The position numbers and the translations under genes were made by a program. DNA of 64,000 nucleotides from Coniocarpon cinnabarinum. Taxonomy: Eukaryota. Of the stretch, positions 39,174-52,596 are shown one piece after another. How positions within the stretch are numbered: the first letter of the stretch is position 1; every line of letters starts with the position of its first letter. The stretch covers positions 1 to 64,000 of the forward strand of contig JAVECO010000065.1 of the NCBI GenBank assembly GCA_051942205.1, given 5' to 3'. The notes beneath the pieces are model-generated. The model made no database searches. It was not told the DNA's origin and worked only from the letters and a program-made list of their open reading frames with translations.

Positions 39174-39897
39174 TTACACTCGTACTGGGGGTTTGGAGGT
39201 ATAGAGGAATTGACAGGGGTTCATGCGGCTTGTATGACGGAAAAGGCGTCCGGTGCAATGCTCTGTTCATTCAGTGGCGTTTAGGAGGGGCCATCGTCTA
39301 TATGATGTTGTATTATGAATGCATTGAAGTGTATGAATCACATTTGGTCCCTTAGCTTTGCTTCTTTGCTATCGTGATCGGCGTGGTACCTTTCTTGGGA
39401 GTATCGGCATACTACTGTAGACGGTATCAGCTTTGGATGTCGAGAACGATCTTTTGCGTTTATTGCAGCGGGTGTGCAGTCCTTCCACCATTTTCATGTG
39501 TAGAGTGTTACATTTGCATCAGAGCTTTAGTCATCACTAGTATTATCTGTTTGACGTGGTGTCACTTGTCTTGTTCATTGGTCCCTATATCATTCATTGG
39601 TCTTTATTGTATGCATTGGCATCCTCCTCTACATGAGCATTGCCCATCTCCGCATTAGCGAGTGGGCAGCCCTCGCTAAGCTCCCTCCTTAGTATCAGCT
39701 AGCAGGCAGCCCCAGCCAAACTCTCTCATCAGCAACAGCGCAATGAACGGTCCTCGAAAAGACTTCACGCGTCCGCTGGACAAAAACCTAAAAATTCCGT
39801 TCAAACTTCAAGGAATACCGTGTAAGCGGTGCTGTGCATGGAAATGCAAGTGCGTCGCTAGGCACGGAAATTAAATGTTAGATTTTGATGTTGTTGT

Positions 39898-39960
39898 GGT
39901 ATAGACGTTGATATAGACGTTGGTATAGATGTTGGTATAGGCGATATAGGCGATATAGGC
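39898..39960. repeat. 12-bp (GTATAGACGTTG) and 9-bp (ATAGGCGAT) micro-repeats
   Basis: Directly visible, 3-4 copies each. Confidence 0.8.
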
Positions 39961-40117
39961 CATGCCTATGCCATGAAGACTGTAGCAAAATGCGGTCTGG
40001 ACTGGATGTTTAGCAAATCGTAGAACACGCTGAAATTGTAACTGTAACTATGGTGCGGGCACAAGCGGAAACGTGTAACTGTAGATATGGTGCGGGAAAG
40101 CTGATTGATATCTGGCC

Positions 40118-40330
40118 TGGGAGTGGAGTCTGGGGAGGTTAGGAGTCTGGGGAGGTTAGGAGTCTAGGGAGGTTAGGATCGGTGGCTGAAGAGGATGGGA
40201 GGTTAGGATCGGTGGCTTGGGAGTCTGAGGAGCTTGGGAGTCTGGGTAGCTTGAGAGTCTGGGGAGCTTGGGAGTCTAGGGAGGTTAGGCTTGGTGGCTT
40301 GGGAGTCTGGGGAGGTTAGGATTGGTGGCT
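40118..40330. repeat. G-rich 18-bp minisatellite (GGAGTCTGGGGAGGTTAG variants)
   Basis: About 10 degenerate units with strong G/C strand skew. Confidence 0.88.
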
Positions 40331-40383
40331 TAAAAGGATTAGAGGTCAGGATTAATAGCTTTGATATTGGTCAGACGTTCAAA

Positions 40384-40575
40384 GGGAAAGCAGTTATAGG
40401 GAAAGTAGTTGCAGAGAAAGCAGTTATAAGGAAAGCAGTTATAGGGAAAGCAGTTATAAAAAAAGCAGTTATAAAAAAAGTAGTTATAAAAAAAGTAATT
40501 ATAGGAAAAGCAGTCATAGGGAAAGCAGTTATAGAAAAAGCAATTATAGGGAAAGCAGTTATAGGGAAAGCAGTT
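40384..40575. repeat. 15-bp minisatellite (GGGAAAGCAGTTATA), about 13 copies
   Basis: Directly visible. Central units are converted to AAAAAAGTAGTTATA. Confidence 0.95.
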
Positions 40576-41580
40576 GTAACTCGTGTCGTGTGGTGGTGGT
40601 GGGTCTATCGTTTCGGAGATGCTGGGGCAGGAGGTTGCGTACACAAGTATATGCGAGAATGGCGGAATAAGTGCATGTCAGAATTCGTGTGGGAAGTTCG
40701 TGTGCAGAAACCACCTGCAGGCACGAAAAATGGGAACCACACATGCAAGGCAGGAAATACTCAGTAGTGTGAGGGAATATCATGACATATTGTGATCGCG
40801 TCAAATGTGATCCAAGGTACTGGTGCTCCATCGCACTTTGGACGTATGATTACCACAATGGCGAGAACGTAAGATTTCATTAGTGTGCAGACCAAAGGTG
40901 TGCTCAAGGCACAAGCGCGCTTAGTGAGTGGGCTCTTAGTCGGGGCACGTCTAGACTTACGCGTGCTGGAATCAGGAGAGTGCTGGAACTTGAATGTGCA
41001 TAGACTTGGGGCATTAAAACTTGGAGTGTTTGACCTGGGGTGGGTAGGACTGGAAGTGTGTCTGACCTTGGATTGTTCTAAAATGGGAGAGTGTGCTAGA
41101 TCTTATTATATGCTTGCACTATGAGCATACTTGAACTTGGAGTATGTATGATTTAGTATTTTTGCTCGAGCATCGTGTAGAGGGGTTTCGCGAAATGGGA
41201 GCATGAGCGAATCGTATGGCTAAACATTCTGCTTCATTGTTCACTGTTCACTGACGTACTTGTCTGTTGTGGTACAGGCGTGTTCTTGGGTGGTGAACTT
41301 GTCGCACGCGTGACGAGTTCGTAGCAGAAACTTCGTGGCTCTTTCTGTTGAGGTTATTTTAAAGTTAGAAACCGTGAAAGTCTTCCGGGGTGTCTTGTAG
41401 TAATCAACCCTCATCCCCGTGGCAGCCTGCCCATCCACTCTCACAAGCCCGACGTCAAAATCTGAGATACACTTCTTCAACCGCATGATCACACCTCCTC
41501 TGGAGTCCTTGGCCTCACATCCACGAGACGAAACCGGACTCTTCCTTTTTTTCAAAAAAAGAGAACGAACTTGTTCTGGC

Positions 41581-42482
41581 TCATGATCGAAGGAAAGGCT
41601 GTGCCTCACCCTTTACCCGCATCATCGAATCATCGAATTTCCTCACCGCCAGGTACGTCATCGCTTGCCCAATCGCCAGCACGGCATTGTTGACACAGGC
41701 CCACCCCACCCAGGGATATCACTCCATCAGAATCGACGGGCTGGGTCGAAACCGCCACCTTTCGAGCGGCAACATCAATTGGAATGGCCAAGAGAGCGTC
41801 AGAAGCGCGAAGATCACCGATTGAAAGAGGAGCGCCCACGTCACGGGAGGGTATGGAGACGCTGAGCTGGAAGAGAATTGCGTTGATGGCGCAGAGGGTG
41901 ATGAGGGGATTGATGACGTCGGCATTGATGACGCGGATGATGTTGAAGAATGGATCGTCTTCAACTTTGATGGCAAGAGTGATGGCGTAGAGGAGGTGCT
42001 GGTTGATGAGGATGACCGAAGAGACTGTCTTCGAGACCGAATCGGAGCGGAAGGAGTTGAAAGTCGGAGGGCCTGGAGGTGGGCAGTAACAGAACACCTG
42101 CGAAGCGGTCAGGTGTCAGAGACGGCCGTGGATGGTTGTGAAAGGCAATGCTGACAGCGCGAGTGAGCAAACCCACTGAACCATGACCTGAACAAAGTTG
42201 AGCCAGTCGCGGAGTATGAGCGGGTTGTGAATGGGGAGGCCTGATTCCGTGAGGGGTGCAGGATCGACAAGGTAGCGCGACGAGCGTGTTCAGTGTCGTG
42301 CTGGTGGCGGAAATGCCGGCTGCAGAGCGCAAAGCCAGTAAGCGTCGGTATTGCGGGACGTAGGACCCTATTGTGAGGGCGCTGAGGATGCTATATGAAT
42401 CTAGAAGTTAAGTGCAGAGCTCAAGAATGAGCACACGACTGGACTTACACGCTGAAGACATGAATACATTATTAACGTTCAT
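41581..42482 (-). pseudogene. PQ-loop membrane protein, disrupted
   Basis: Spliced 5' part gives SYVPQYRRLLALRSAAGIS (PQ-loop). The later parts INPLITL..., FQSVIFALLTLSWPF and *YPWVGWACVNNAVLAIGQA need a frameshift near 41850-41880, and there is a TGA at 41721-41719 where Trp is expected. Confidence 0.65.
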
Positions 42483-42648
42483 GATGGGTGATTGCTGCTC
42501 AGCGGCGGTATTCAAGATGATTCTGGACGACGCGGAGGAGGAGTTGCGGTGACAATGTAAGGACGAGTATAGTTTCATACTCGTGTGTCACAAACGGTGG
42601 AACGCGGACGTTCTATTGCAGGCCTAGGTTGACCGCTCGAGAGCGCGT

Positions 42649-43668
42649 CTATGGAGAGGGCCTCACTTGGTAGCCAGGTGGAAGGACTGATCTTGCACAG
42701 TCACACGTCTCACAGACTGCCACCTGACCTCCTACGACTGCTTTCTCAAGCCGAATCATGCTATCTTTCTGCCAGAGACGGCTTTCCACACGGCTTATGC
42801 CGATCGCGTTGCCCTCACGGACAAGAGTGTCAAGTTTGCCAATGCCAGTGAGTTTCACAAAGACCTTGTCTGCCGGCTTAAGGTCGAGGTCCCTGCTCAG
42901 CTCTTCCGGCATGCTGCTTGCCGAGGGTGAAGAATGAGCGCGCCATCTGTGCGTGAGTGAGGTAAGGATGTCTGTTAGGAACTTGTGACTTTGGACGATT
43001 AAGACTCGAAGCGATGGCAGGCAAGCGGCGATTAGGTACATGCCGCATTCGAGGTAAGTAAAGATGACTGCTCGTGTGACGGAGCCTTGTATGTGATCAG
43101 TGAAAAGCAAGAAAGTGAGAAGATCTTGAAAAGTGCTAGACATGCATGACTTACTGATAGTTTGATTTTCGGGTCCGGTCTCGATGTACGTCAGACGAAT
43201 GTAGAAGGCTAATCTGAGAACAGCTGAAACAATACCCATACTGCCAGTTGCGAATGTAATTAGCAGACCGAGGAAGCGTTGAGGCTACTGGATACAGTAC
43301 GCTGAGCACGTAAGAAGACTGAAGGACCCTGACGTAGTGATGAGTCTTGGATACTGAGTCTGTGTCGTGAAGATCGTAATAAGCCATGTATGCCTTAGCG
43401 TTCACTGGGTTCATCCAAATATCAGCATCTCCACCTCAATGGGTGGCGATTACTCACCAATGCCAAGAGCACACATGGGAACGAAGACGATGAGCGATGC
43501 CAACACCAGCACATCATCCCAGCCCCAAGCCGGTCGTGACTTGCTTCGCTGAAAGACAGTAACGCACTTCAAAGCCACGAAGCATGTCGTGAGAGCAATC
43601 AAGGCCGCCACGCTACCGAGCTGCTGCTGTAGAGCTGTGTGGATCTGGTGGAGGGTCTCCTCAGCCAT
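42649..43668 (-). pseudogene. PTH11-like (fungal rhodopsin-domain) membrane protein with internal deletion and frameshift
   Basis: WGWDDVLVLAS, LYPVASTLPR, then directly in another frame GLLITFATGSMGIVSAVLR and LECGMYLIAACLPSLR. The middle helices are missing. Confidence 0.7.
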
Positions 43669-45041
43669 GGGAATCTGTGGTGGTAAGAACAATGCAAAGC
43701 ATTAATTCGAAAGGAATGATCAGCGCGAATCAAGATCCACAGCTGGGGAACCCGGGAGAGGCAGAGGCTCGAGGATTGGACCCACTGATATACAGCGGTG
43801 GACGTTTGGAAGGCATCTCTCGTCGCACTAAAGCGTCCTTGTCAACGTGCACGCGAGTCTAGGGGGCGCAGTCTCGACAAGGTTTTGGCACGATGGAAAT
43901 CTACTCAAGAATCAGGTACCTGGATTACGGGCCGGGAGTGTGTACGGGCGATTCGGCACCGGATCGAATGCTCAAAGCCATGCCAGCCAGCGTCTACTGT
44001 GTGGTCTGGCTGCAGCGGACGGGTTGCCATCCCTACATGTCTTGATGCTGTAACAAGGGTGGCGTGCGTGGGCAGATTTTAATGTCAGTTTCCGTCAGGC
44101 ATTCCACCCCGAAACATCACATAATACCCTATTGAGCAATATATCGATGCCGTGCATGCATGCGGACAGATTGTGCGGGCTACGTTTAATTATTTAGTAC
44201 CGGTACAATTGATGTCCACACATCCATAGTGTCTCTCATGCTCTGCTCTGCATCGACAGTCTCAGCTCATCATTTCAAATTTGTTTGCGTAGCTCTACGT
44301 ATCTTCGACACTCTGACACTACACATCAGACCTTGCGCGTAGTGGCAATGTTCAGCTTCGACCGCATCAAAACTGTATAGTACCAGACTATTAAAAGTCA
44401 CAAACGGACATCATGCAGTCGGACTGTGGAGTCGTCTCCGCTAATCTGACCTGATCTGAATTCGTAACGATACATTACGAATGAGGAAGGCGAGATTCTA
44501 TTATGGGATCGATGCATCAATCCATGTCCTCTGCGATGTCCTCTGCAATGTCCTCAGCATTTAGGTTTGACTTTTGTGATGTGAGCTTCCTGGACGGTAG
44601 AGGGATGCCGCCATGGCGGCTCTGGAACAGACAGCGATCGAGATGGAAAGACTGGAACAAGGGGGTGATTTGCTTGCATTCTGCATGGCATTCATGAGCT
44701 TGTCCTTCCTTGACAGGTGGGTACGGATTGCTATGGACACATCTGCGCGAAAGGTATCTACAATCAAAGTTACATCTCCACATCTCTTCTATTCAAGACA
44801 TTCCCCATCTCCATCTCTCATTGCCATCTCACCACAGATCTTCGTGTGTTGTCAAAAGTAAAAAGCTCCCAAACGAGGGTATCCCAAGTCAAAACTCCAA
44901 CGCCATCGCTGATGCAACGCAAAATTGCCTGCTGCTCGTCCTGTACAGCGCGAGACTTGTATATACTTCACTCCTCTCTTGACCATGTACGGGTCGCGAA
45001 AGCCTGATTTCGAAGCTTGAGTTCAGAGGCCGCTCCAGGTT

Positions 45042-46564
45042 TCAGATGCCGACGACCCGTGCAATATTGGCCATGTCATTGGCACTCAGTCCACTCACGC
45101 CCAGACTCCTGACCTGACTTCCCTTGCGCAACCGCTGCAATCCGACGGCGACTTTCCAAGCCTCGGCCTCGTCGATAATGAAGACGTATTTCTTGTTTTC
45201 GGCGTCGCGGGTGCTGGCGCGGAGGATGTGTTTGTTGCGGAGGTCACCGCTCTGTTATCATCAGCACACAAACGGTGACAGCAGTTGGGCCTTGAAGATG
45301 CACTCACCTCGACAAGCTTCATCGTCCAAGCCTTGACGTCCCATTCTCTTTGGGGCACGCCTCGCACGTCATCATCGATGAAGAGCCCCTCCGTGGTCAT
45401 CTTGAGTACTAATCCGTCCGTCACGGTACCCATGCCTCGAGCGAGCTGGGCAATCGGCTTCCCGGGCAGCGTGTCTGAGAAGAGATAGACTCCCCGGATC
45501 GACACTTTGTCTGGATCTTTATTGACATATGGGCCCCGGTGACTGGGCGGCGGGGTCGTTCTTGCGGTAGACTCTGATCCAGTACCAGACATGTACGAAC
45601 CCTCTGACGTGAAACTCGATTGGCTTGCCTGCTTCGCCGCATGTCTTGCACTCTGATAGTAACTCGCGCTGTCGACGAAGCTCTCAGCAGTTGGCTTACG
45701 ATAGTTGCTCGTCCCACCGGGCGCCTGCTTCTCCTGCGCAGCTTTCGACTTTTCCGCCCGCTCCGCCTTCTCGCGTGCTTCTTTGGCTTCCTTCTCACGC
45801 TTTACTCGTTCTTGCGCCACACGCTCTCTTGCTTCTTTCTCACGCATCTCGCGTTCACGGGCCCGAGCTTGGTCCCATCGCGCCTTCTCGGCGGCCTCCT
45901 TGGCCTTCTTGTCAGCTTCTTCGCGTTTTCGGCGTTCTTCTTCTTTCTTGCGCATTTCTTCTCGGGCTTTTTGCCAGCCATCTGTGGACGGCTGGGGTGG
46001 GGGCTTTGGATGCGATTGGGATTGGGATTGTTGCTGTTGCCAGTTGGGTCGCGGATTTGAGGAATTGTTGTTGGGTGGTGGAGGACCTGAATTTGGCGGC
46101 GGTGGAGGAGGCGCGGACGAGTACGTATTGCTAGAGCCACTGGTGTTCTCATTGCCCCCAGGTGCGTATTGACCAGCTCCACCTGTCGGGCCGGGGCCGC
46201 CATTTGTATTCTCTGCTTGCGTCTTGCCGGCCGCCCATCCCACTACACCGATGATAACGACGAGCAGCATCACCCCTGACCCGCCTCCTGAAAGAGCAGT
46301 GCTCGCCCATTGGCGGACCGCTGGTGCTACAATCGTCCAGAACCCGACTGCGACTAACGTGCATAGCACACCTGCGAGAAACGAATTTCGGTGCGGCTGC
46401 AGGGATGGAAGGTAGAGGAAGCCCGAGCCGGAAGAGTGCGGAGGTATCACGAAAATATCGTAGTTGCCGGGCGGAAGATTTGAATTGCGGCCCTGTTGCT
46501 GCTGCTGGCCTTGCTGAGAGCCGGAACCGTGCGGAGGTGGCGGCGGGGCGTTGGAGTTGTTCAT
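45042..46564 (-). CDS. Hypothetical protein: two TM segments, Pro/Gln-rich linker, charged coiled coil, C-terminal globular (possibly PH-like) domain
   Basis: Long ORF plus a terminal exon after an intron at ~45308-45252, ending ...VAVGLQRLRKGSQVRSLGV...VVGI*. Confidence 0.75.
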
Positions 46565-47632
46565 TAGTATTCAGGCGACTGAGGGCGTTTTGCGCCTCGG
46601 CCGCCTGGTCTAAGATTGGTTTGTTCGAGCCGCCGGTGTCGAGTGGGTCGTGGGCGAGGCATTGAGGTAGTATGATCTGGTATGAGATGTTAGAGGCAAT
46701 TTTCGAGCGACTCGCTTTCTTCAATGTACCGAAAGGGTTTGAAATCGAGATTGCGCCGGTCGCGGTTATCGATCTGCTGAAATGTCGCCGAAAGATCCTG
46801 TAGAGGGCATTGATGTGCTTGTGACGGTAGAGCTCGCGACTTCAGGTCAGATCCGAGGCAACATCCGAAGATGGATATCTATGCAGAGTGTAGAAAATGC
46901 TGGTGGCCGGGGTTGCACAAAGATTTGAGGATTGACAAAACGCCGAGCTGTACAAGGCGGAGAATATATTCACAAGGGAAAGACGGACGTGGTGCACCGA
47001 AAGGAGTGTCGGGGAGCAAAGCTAAATGAAGCAGCCAAGCTGGAAGGGGAATTGTGGGTGGAAGTGATAGCCGCTTCCCCTTTGTTTACATGGGTCGGAG
47101 CTGCCTGCAAGTCTGACTACGTATTCTCCCTCTCCACCAATCGTGTTCAAGGCGCATCTTTCCTCGCATGCAACAGGTTACCGAGTCTTCCTTTCGTATG
47201 CATACTAATGCACGGACAGCACACAGCCCACTTCCTGCCAGCGCAAGCACGCCTTTCTGTCTCATCGCGTGCCCGTCTTGCGTCAGGCCGAAAAGCCGTT
47301 GTTTACCTGCTGTTGCCACCCTAGTGACGCCTCGGCGCTGACTCAGCATCTCTAATGCGATTCGTATTCTGAAAACCTTCGGCTAGAACGGAGTCCGCGC
47401 ATTCAACAGAATCTTTTCCAATCGTGCATTCATTGTTAACATCTGCCGTGATATCTGAGCACTCGTCTCATCCAGCAAGTGACAACCTGGCTCGATCAAC
47501 GTAGCGCCACGCCTACCATCTGTTATTTTCCATTGACCCTCCTTACGAGCAAGCAACAAAAACACAAAAACCGTGTGAAAACCAATCCTTCTCTTTCAAA
47601 CTTTGATCCGGATGTCTCTCCCGCGCCGTTCA

Positions 47633-49130
47633 TCAGTGAGGAACATCTGGTCCGCACAGAGCCATCAACATGTCCCTGTAATCACCACTGGTCTCGCCTC
47701 TGATCCGTTCTTTCAAATCCCTCCGGTAGTAATGTCTATAAGCCTTTTTCACTTGATCGAGATGCTGTGGATCCCAGTGTATCCTCACCAGCCTGTTTGT
47801 CAACTTTGCTTCTCTCGTGCCAGGACCCTTCATCGGATCTTCCAAGGCGTCGGCGTCTGCCTTCGCTCGGTCTTCGGCGCACGCCAAGATTCGGAGGAGC
47901 GCATTCTCCATATGGCCAGAGTACTTTCGCTCAACTGCTTTGCGCAGAGTCCGCCCCGTCTGAGATTGGTAGGCTTGTGACACTGCACGAAGCTGTCCAT
48001 CAGAGCGCTCGGCAAATGTGGCGAAGAGTTTCTCGTTGCGTTCCTTGCCCTCAAGCACGCCCCTGAGCGTTGTCACATCTCCGAACACCATGTTTGGATC
48101 CACCGGCTCGTATTCCTCTGCACGCCGGGCATAAAGGACAATCATGAAAAGGTCTTCGGTGCCAAATGAAAGGTCGCCTTTCAAATCGCTTTCAAGTGAG
48201 CGGTGATACAAACGCTGGTAAGTTTCTTTGAGTGAATTGATCGTACCAGTGCTTTTAGCAAGCAGAGTGTCATCCAATACGCTTTCCGTCGTACCAGTAC
48301 GATGCAGAGCATGGTATAATAGATGCGCATCCTGAGCCACAGGACCACGCGCCACTGCAACAACTGCGCTGCGAAAGTCTCCACTCGTCTCAGACTCAAG
48401 ATCGCGGACAAGGTGGCGTTTGAATTCATGGTGATACGCTCGATGAACCTCCTGCACATAGGGGTCGTTCGGCATACTGGCAAGAGCTTGGATCAATTTA
48501 GCTTCATTTGTACCGATTCCGCGCATTGCGGACCGAAGGGCTTGAGCGGTAGCGCCAGGGGCGGGTGCTTGTTGCGAGTATCCGGCTGGAACCTAGTTAG
48601 CATTATTGACCGATGTGAAAGGCGTAGCGTCATAGCTGTGGCCTTTGAATTACTAACCATGCTGTCCCGGTGGAGGTTGCGGCGACGGGAATGGCGCCTG
48701 ATGGGGTGGAAAGGGACTTGTCCCTTGTGGTGGCGGATATTGGCTTTGCTGGGGCGGAAATGGACTATTTCCTTGATGTGGTGGGTACGGGCTCTGTTGT
48801 GGCGGCAAAGGACTTTGCGACTGGGGGTATGCCTGCTGGTTGTGCGCGAAAGCACCTTGAGGCGCTGCTGGATAGTCGGCTGGGGGCTGCCCGCCGTAAG
48901 GAGGTCCTCCTTCAAAAGTGTTAACCTGGGCCGGCTCCTGACGTTGGACAGATTTGCGCGATGACCACCAAATGAGTGGTGCGAAGATTGCTTTCCTCTT
49001 TCTACATGAGCTGGAAGCTATACATACCTGCTGGTGGAGGATATTGTCCTGCCGGGGGCGGAGGGTACTGTCCAGCTGGAGGCGGATACTGACCGTAGCC
49101 AGCTGGCGCATTGTAATAGCCACTGTTCAT
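47633..49130 (-). CDS. Fungal annexin with Pro/Gln/Tyr-rich N-terminus
   Basis: Four annexin repeats: AMRGIGTNE, LESETSGDF, LHRTGTTE, MKGPGTRE, IRGETSGDY. Two 5' introns. Confidence 0.93.
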
Positions 49131-49694
49131 GCTCGCCGGCGGACCTTGCGGAGGATGTGACGGGTATTGCTGTTGCTGCTGTGGTGGTGGGGGGTGAGGA
49201 TAGCCTTGGGATGGGAATCCTTGGGCAGGCCCTATTATTTAAGACGTGAGAATGCGTGGCCACTGCCAATCTTTACAGCCGGAAGTCTTGCATCAACATA
49301 CCGTAATTGCCACTCCACGACATGGCGCAGCTACTCTTACAACTCAATTCTATCAGGCCCTGCCTTTACTAGAAAAGGTCAGATGGAAGCCTGCAACTCT
49401 CCGAGTCCTGCATGGAACGGCGGCAGTGCTAAAAGGTGACGTCACATTAGCGGCCGGGTCTGACGCCCAAAGAAAATGGTAAGAGGCCACATCGTCGCTT
49501 GGCGTACTGCGCTCAGCCACCATTGGCAGCAAGGGCAGGCCGAACTCGGCAAATCTTCAAATTTGTCCGAGCACATTGAACTCTGAGCTTTTTCGGGCAG
49601 CAAGCGGACCCCAGAGGCTTAGGCTGTTCTTCTCTGTGGTCATGCATCGACTAGTAGCTCATTGAATGCCAGAGAAATAATTTGTTGACGCTTC

Positions 49695-52596
49695 TCAAGA
49701 ATATGTTGACCTGTCAGCATCGTCTCTCACTTTCCAAAGCGAATCATAGTCTTCATCATAAGGCAGTCTATGCAGCCCTAGGAAGTATTTGAGCTCCTTT
49801 CGGTGACGCTCTGGGATCGGCTGTTTGACTTGCTTTTCTTCTTGACCTTCAAGTGTGTTCCACAGTTCATGGTAGTGCTGATAACCTTTTGGATCGAAAC
49901 GTCCTCTCGAAACAATGGCAAGCAGTAGACCTCTCCGTATCATTGCTTTCCATCGGCCAAAATTCCATTGTAGTTTTGTGTGTTGCAGTCTGCGAAATCC
50001 GGAGCCTTGGGAATTAGCTTCAGTCTTACGTATGTCCCGATAGAGAAGCCGGGAACGCTCTTTGAAGTTGTTGCGAGCAATGTTGAACGCGGTTGCGAAA
50101 GCATAGAGAAAGATGAACGCCACGAAAAGAATCAAACCAGTAGCTGGAGCAGCGGATGTCAGTAAGACCAGACGACGTCAAACGGTGTAAAAGAGGTCAA
50201 TAATCAGATGTGCTTGCCTTCTCCTATGCATAGTGAATGCGTGATGTACCTAAAGAGCTATTGTTCTACATCACCTGGGCAGTTATTGCAGACATCCGAG
50301 TTTCCACTCATGACGTTCAATCCAGAGATATTGAGCACAAGTGAAGTGACCGCTTACCGATGAAGGCGCCAATACTTCGCCCGTTGTTATTCAATTCTTG
50401 TAGGTTCATACCAAACACTGACGTGGACAACGAAAAAGGCACAAATATGAATGCGAGAAACGTTACTGTCGTGAACTCTAGCCCTCAACAACCATGCTCC
50501 AGGATTGACTTAGAAGTCTGTCATTTTTAGACTTACGTAAACCATTTTGTTGGCTCTCCTAGAGGATCAGCGTCAGCTTTAGAGAATCGTTTGGCTTTCG
50601 TCTGGTAAGCAGATGCGGTGTTATTGGTCTCTTGATCACATTGAGAAAGGGTTTTGTACGACGCCTGTAGAAACGCTTTACGCCATCTCTGGTCTTCCCA
50701 TGCCGCGCGATCCACGCATTAGGGCATATTGGCTATCGTGCTGAATGAACTGTTGATCCCTGATGCTTGGTACTGACGTACCTTTATAGTCTGCTGGGCG
50801 ATTTTTAAATTCGCCCTCGATTCGCGTAAAAGTGTCTCGTTCAGCTCATGGTCGAGCAGTTCTCGTCTTGCACTGAGCAGGCATCTCATGTCTTGTATCA
50901 AGTTGTCAAAGTCGTTAAGCTCGACGTCGAGCTCTGTACTTTGGATCTTCGGCAACCTGTTCTGACCCCTTAGTTTAGACAACATTAGGTATTGCTGCTC
51001 CAAATGCTGCATTGACTTGCGGAGGATCTGCCAAGAAAGTGAGGGTATTCTTCCCACTGGAACGTCTTTGTCGTCGCGCATGGGTATTCCTCGTGGACAT
51101 TGGTGTTCTGCTAGAACAGCCCTGCTCTCGAGGAGATGATAGTGTAGGATAGCTTTCAAGGAGGCCAAGAAAGGTGTGGCTGTCTGCGTTTGGCAATAGG
51201 TTTCATAAACAGTGCCGACAACAAATCCTTTGCGAAGGTCTGTAGTCGTCAAAAGCACTTGTCGCGCTGCCGCACAGCACGTGAGTTGGGTTGACTTGAG
51301 AATTATGCTGTCCCTAAGAAGGGAAGGATAGTAGCCGCCTTCGTCGAGAGCCCCGGCAATTGGTGAGGTGCTATAGGGGTTCCATTGATGCTCGGGTATG
51401 TCTGACGTTCGGAAAAAGATAATAGCTTACAAACGTCAGCGTTTGTGAGCTTTAAATAGAGAGCTAGACTGCGACATTCGCAACGGAGATAACGAACCAA
51501 CCGGCATTCCGCTGTTTGCCGCAGGAAGAGCTGTTGAATCCAGGAATATTGCATACATAGAGCCAATGTTGATTGAGTGCGGTTTTCTCCAAACTGTATG
51601 AACATCCTCCATAAACTGCGGAAAAGGGGATGGGAAGAGACCCTGTGCCTCATCCGGACCTTCTTGCGCCTCTCTTGTCAAGTACCAAAGGCTCTCAGCG
51701 TCAAGATCGAACGCGCCACAGAGGGCTTCCAGCGTGTAGAGATCGACAGCTGCAACTCCAGTTATGTCTGCCAGCACAACTCTGAAAGCCAGATCGGCAG
51801 GAGCTTCTCGCAAGTTCATGACACAAGATCCTGCAAATGTACGCATCGTCCCTGGAGTTTCGATGTCCCTGAAAACTTCAGAGTAACTATGAGTATAGCG
51901 TCAGTGAAGAGCCGCACTGGACAGAGAAGACAATAGACCTAGATCATGACTGCTAAGCCTTCAAGCCGCTGCGGTATGCGCGACCGTAGTGCGTCATGGG
52001 GCCTCGCAATATAAATATCAACGCAGGGACTGATGTACTGAGGTGACAAACATACTCGATGATTTGGGAGGTTTGCGCGCCATTGCTGCAAATGTCGTAT
52101 ATTGTCAAAGATGCTTTTGGTAGTGCGTCCTGGTCTACCTTGAAATTGGCGCCGCCATCGCCTTTAATCTAGAAAGTTAGCTGGAATCCCGTTCAACAAC
52201 GGGGTTTGCTCCAATGACTCTGAATCCTCAACGATTCCAGGTTATGAACGGATGAAATCATCTCGTGATCGGCTTGCATCAATAAGTCTCACTAGTTAAC
52301 CGATGCTCAAGCAGCAAAAGAGCTACACCTACGTACAAGACACGGACTACGCACTCACCGCAAACCTTGAGAGTATACTTCCAAAGCAAGATTCCAGCAA
52401 AGGTGTCAGACCTTGGAGCTCCACCATAAAGGTTCCATTGCCTTTGGAACAGCCGCGAAAGGTTAGGGAACTCAAGCGCTAGAACACCCTCAGGCTTAGG
52501 CATGGCGCCGTCGACCGTGTAGCCATACAGATTCGGAATATAGTTAGGCGGAGACGGAGGTCGCACAAGATTCTGCTGTGTTTCTGGAGTGGACAT
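49695..52596 (-). CDS. CorA-like Mg2+ transporter C-terminal-domain protein, multi-exon
   Basis: Spliced IK|ESQQNGLL|TFLAFIFVPFSLSTSVFGMNLQEL (GMN motif), then a second TM ATGLILFVAFIFLYAF. A 22-nt micro-exon lies at 50558-50537. The 5' exons are approximate. Confidence 0.7.

Noticed and set aside
39740..39875. Short ORF with CKRCCAWKCKC resembling a Zn-cluster start
   Set aside because: Spacing is incomplete, the ORF is about 43 aa, and nothing supports a continuation.
40118..40330. Interstitial telomere (GGTTAGG)
   Set aside because: No tandem TTAGGG; the motif is part of an 18-bp unit.
40291..40767. ORFs reading KAVIG or YNCFP repeats
   Set aside because: By-products of the 15-bp minisatellite. 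The plus-strand ORF has no ATG start and neither has domain support.
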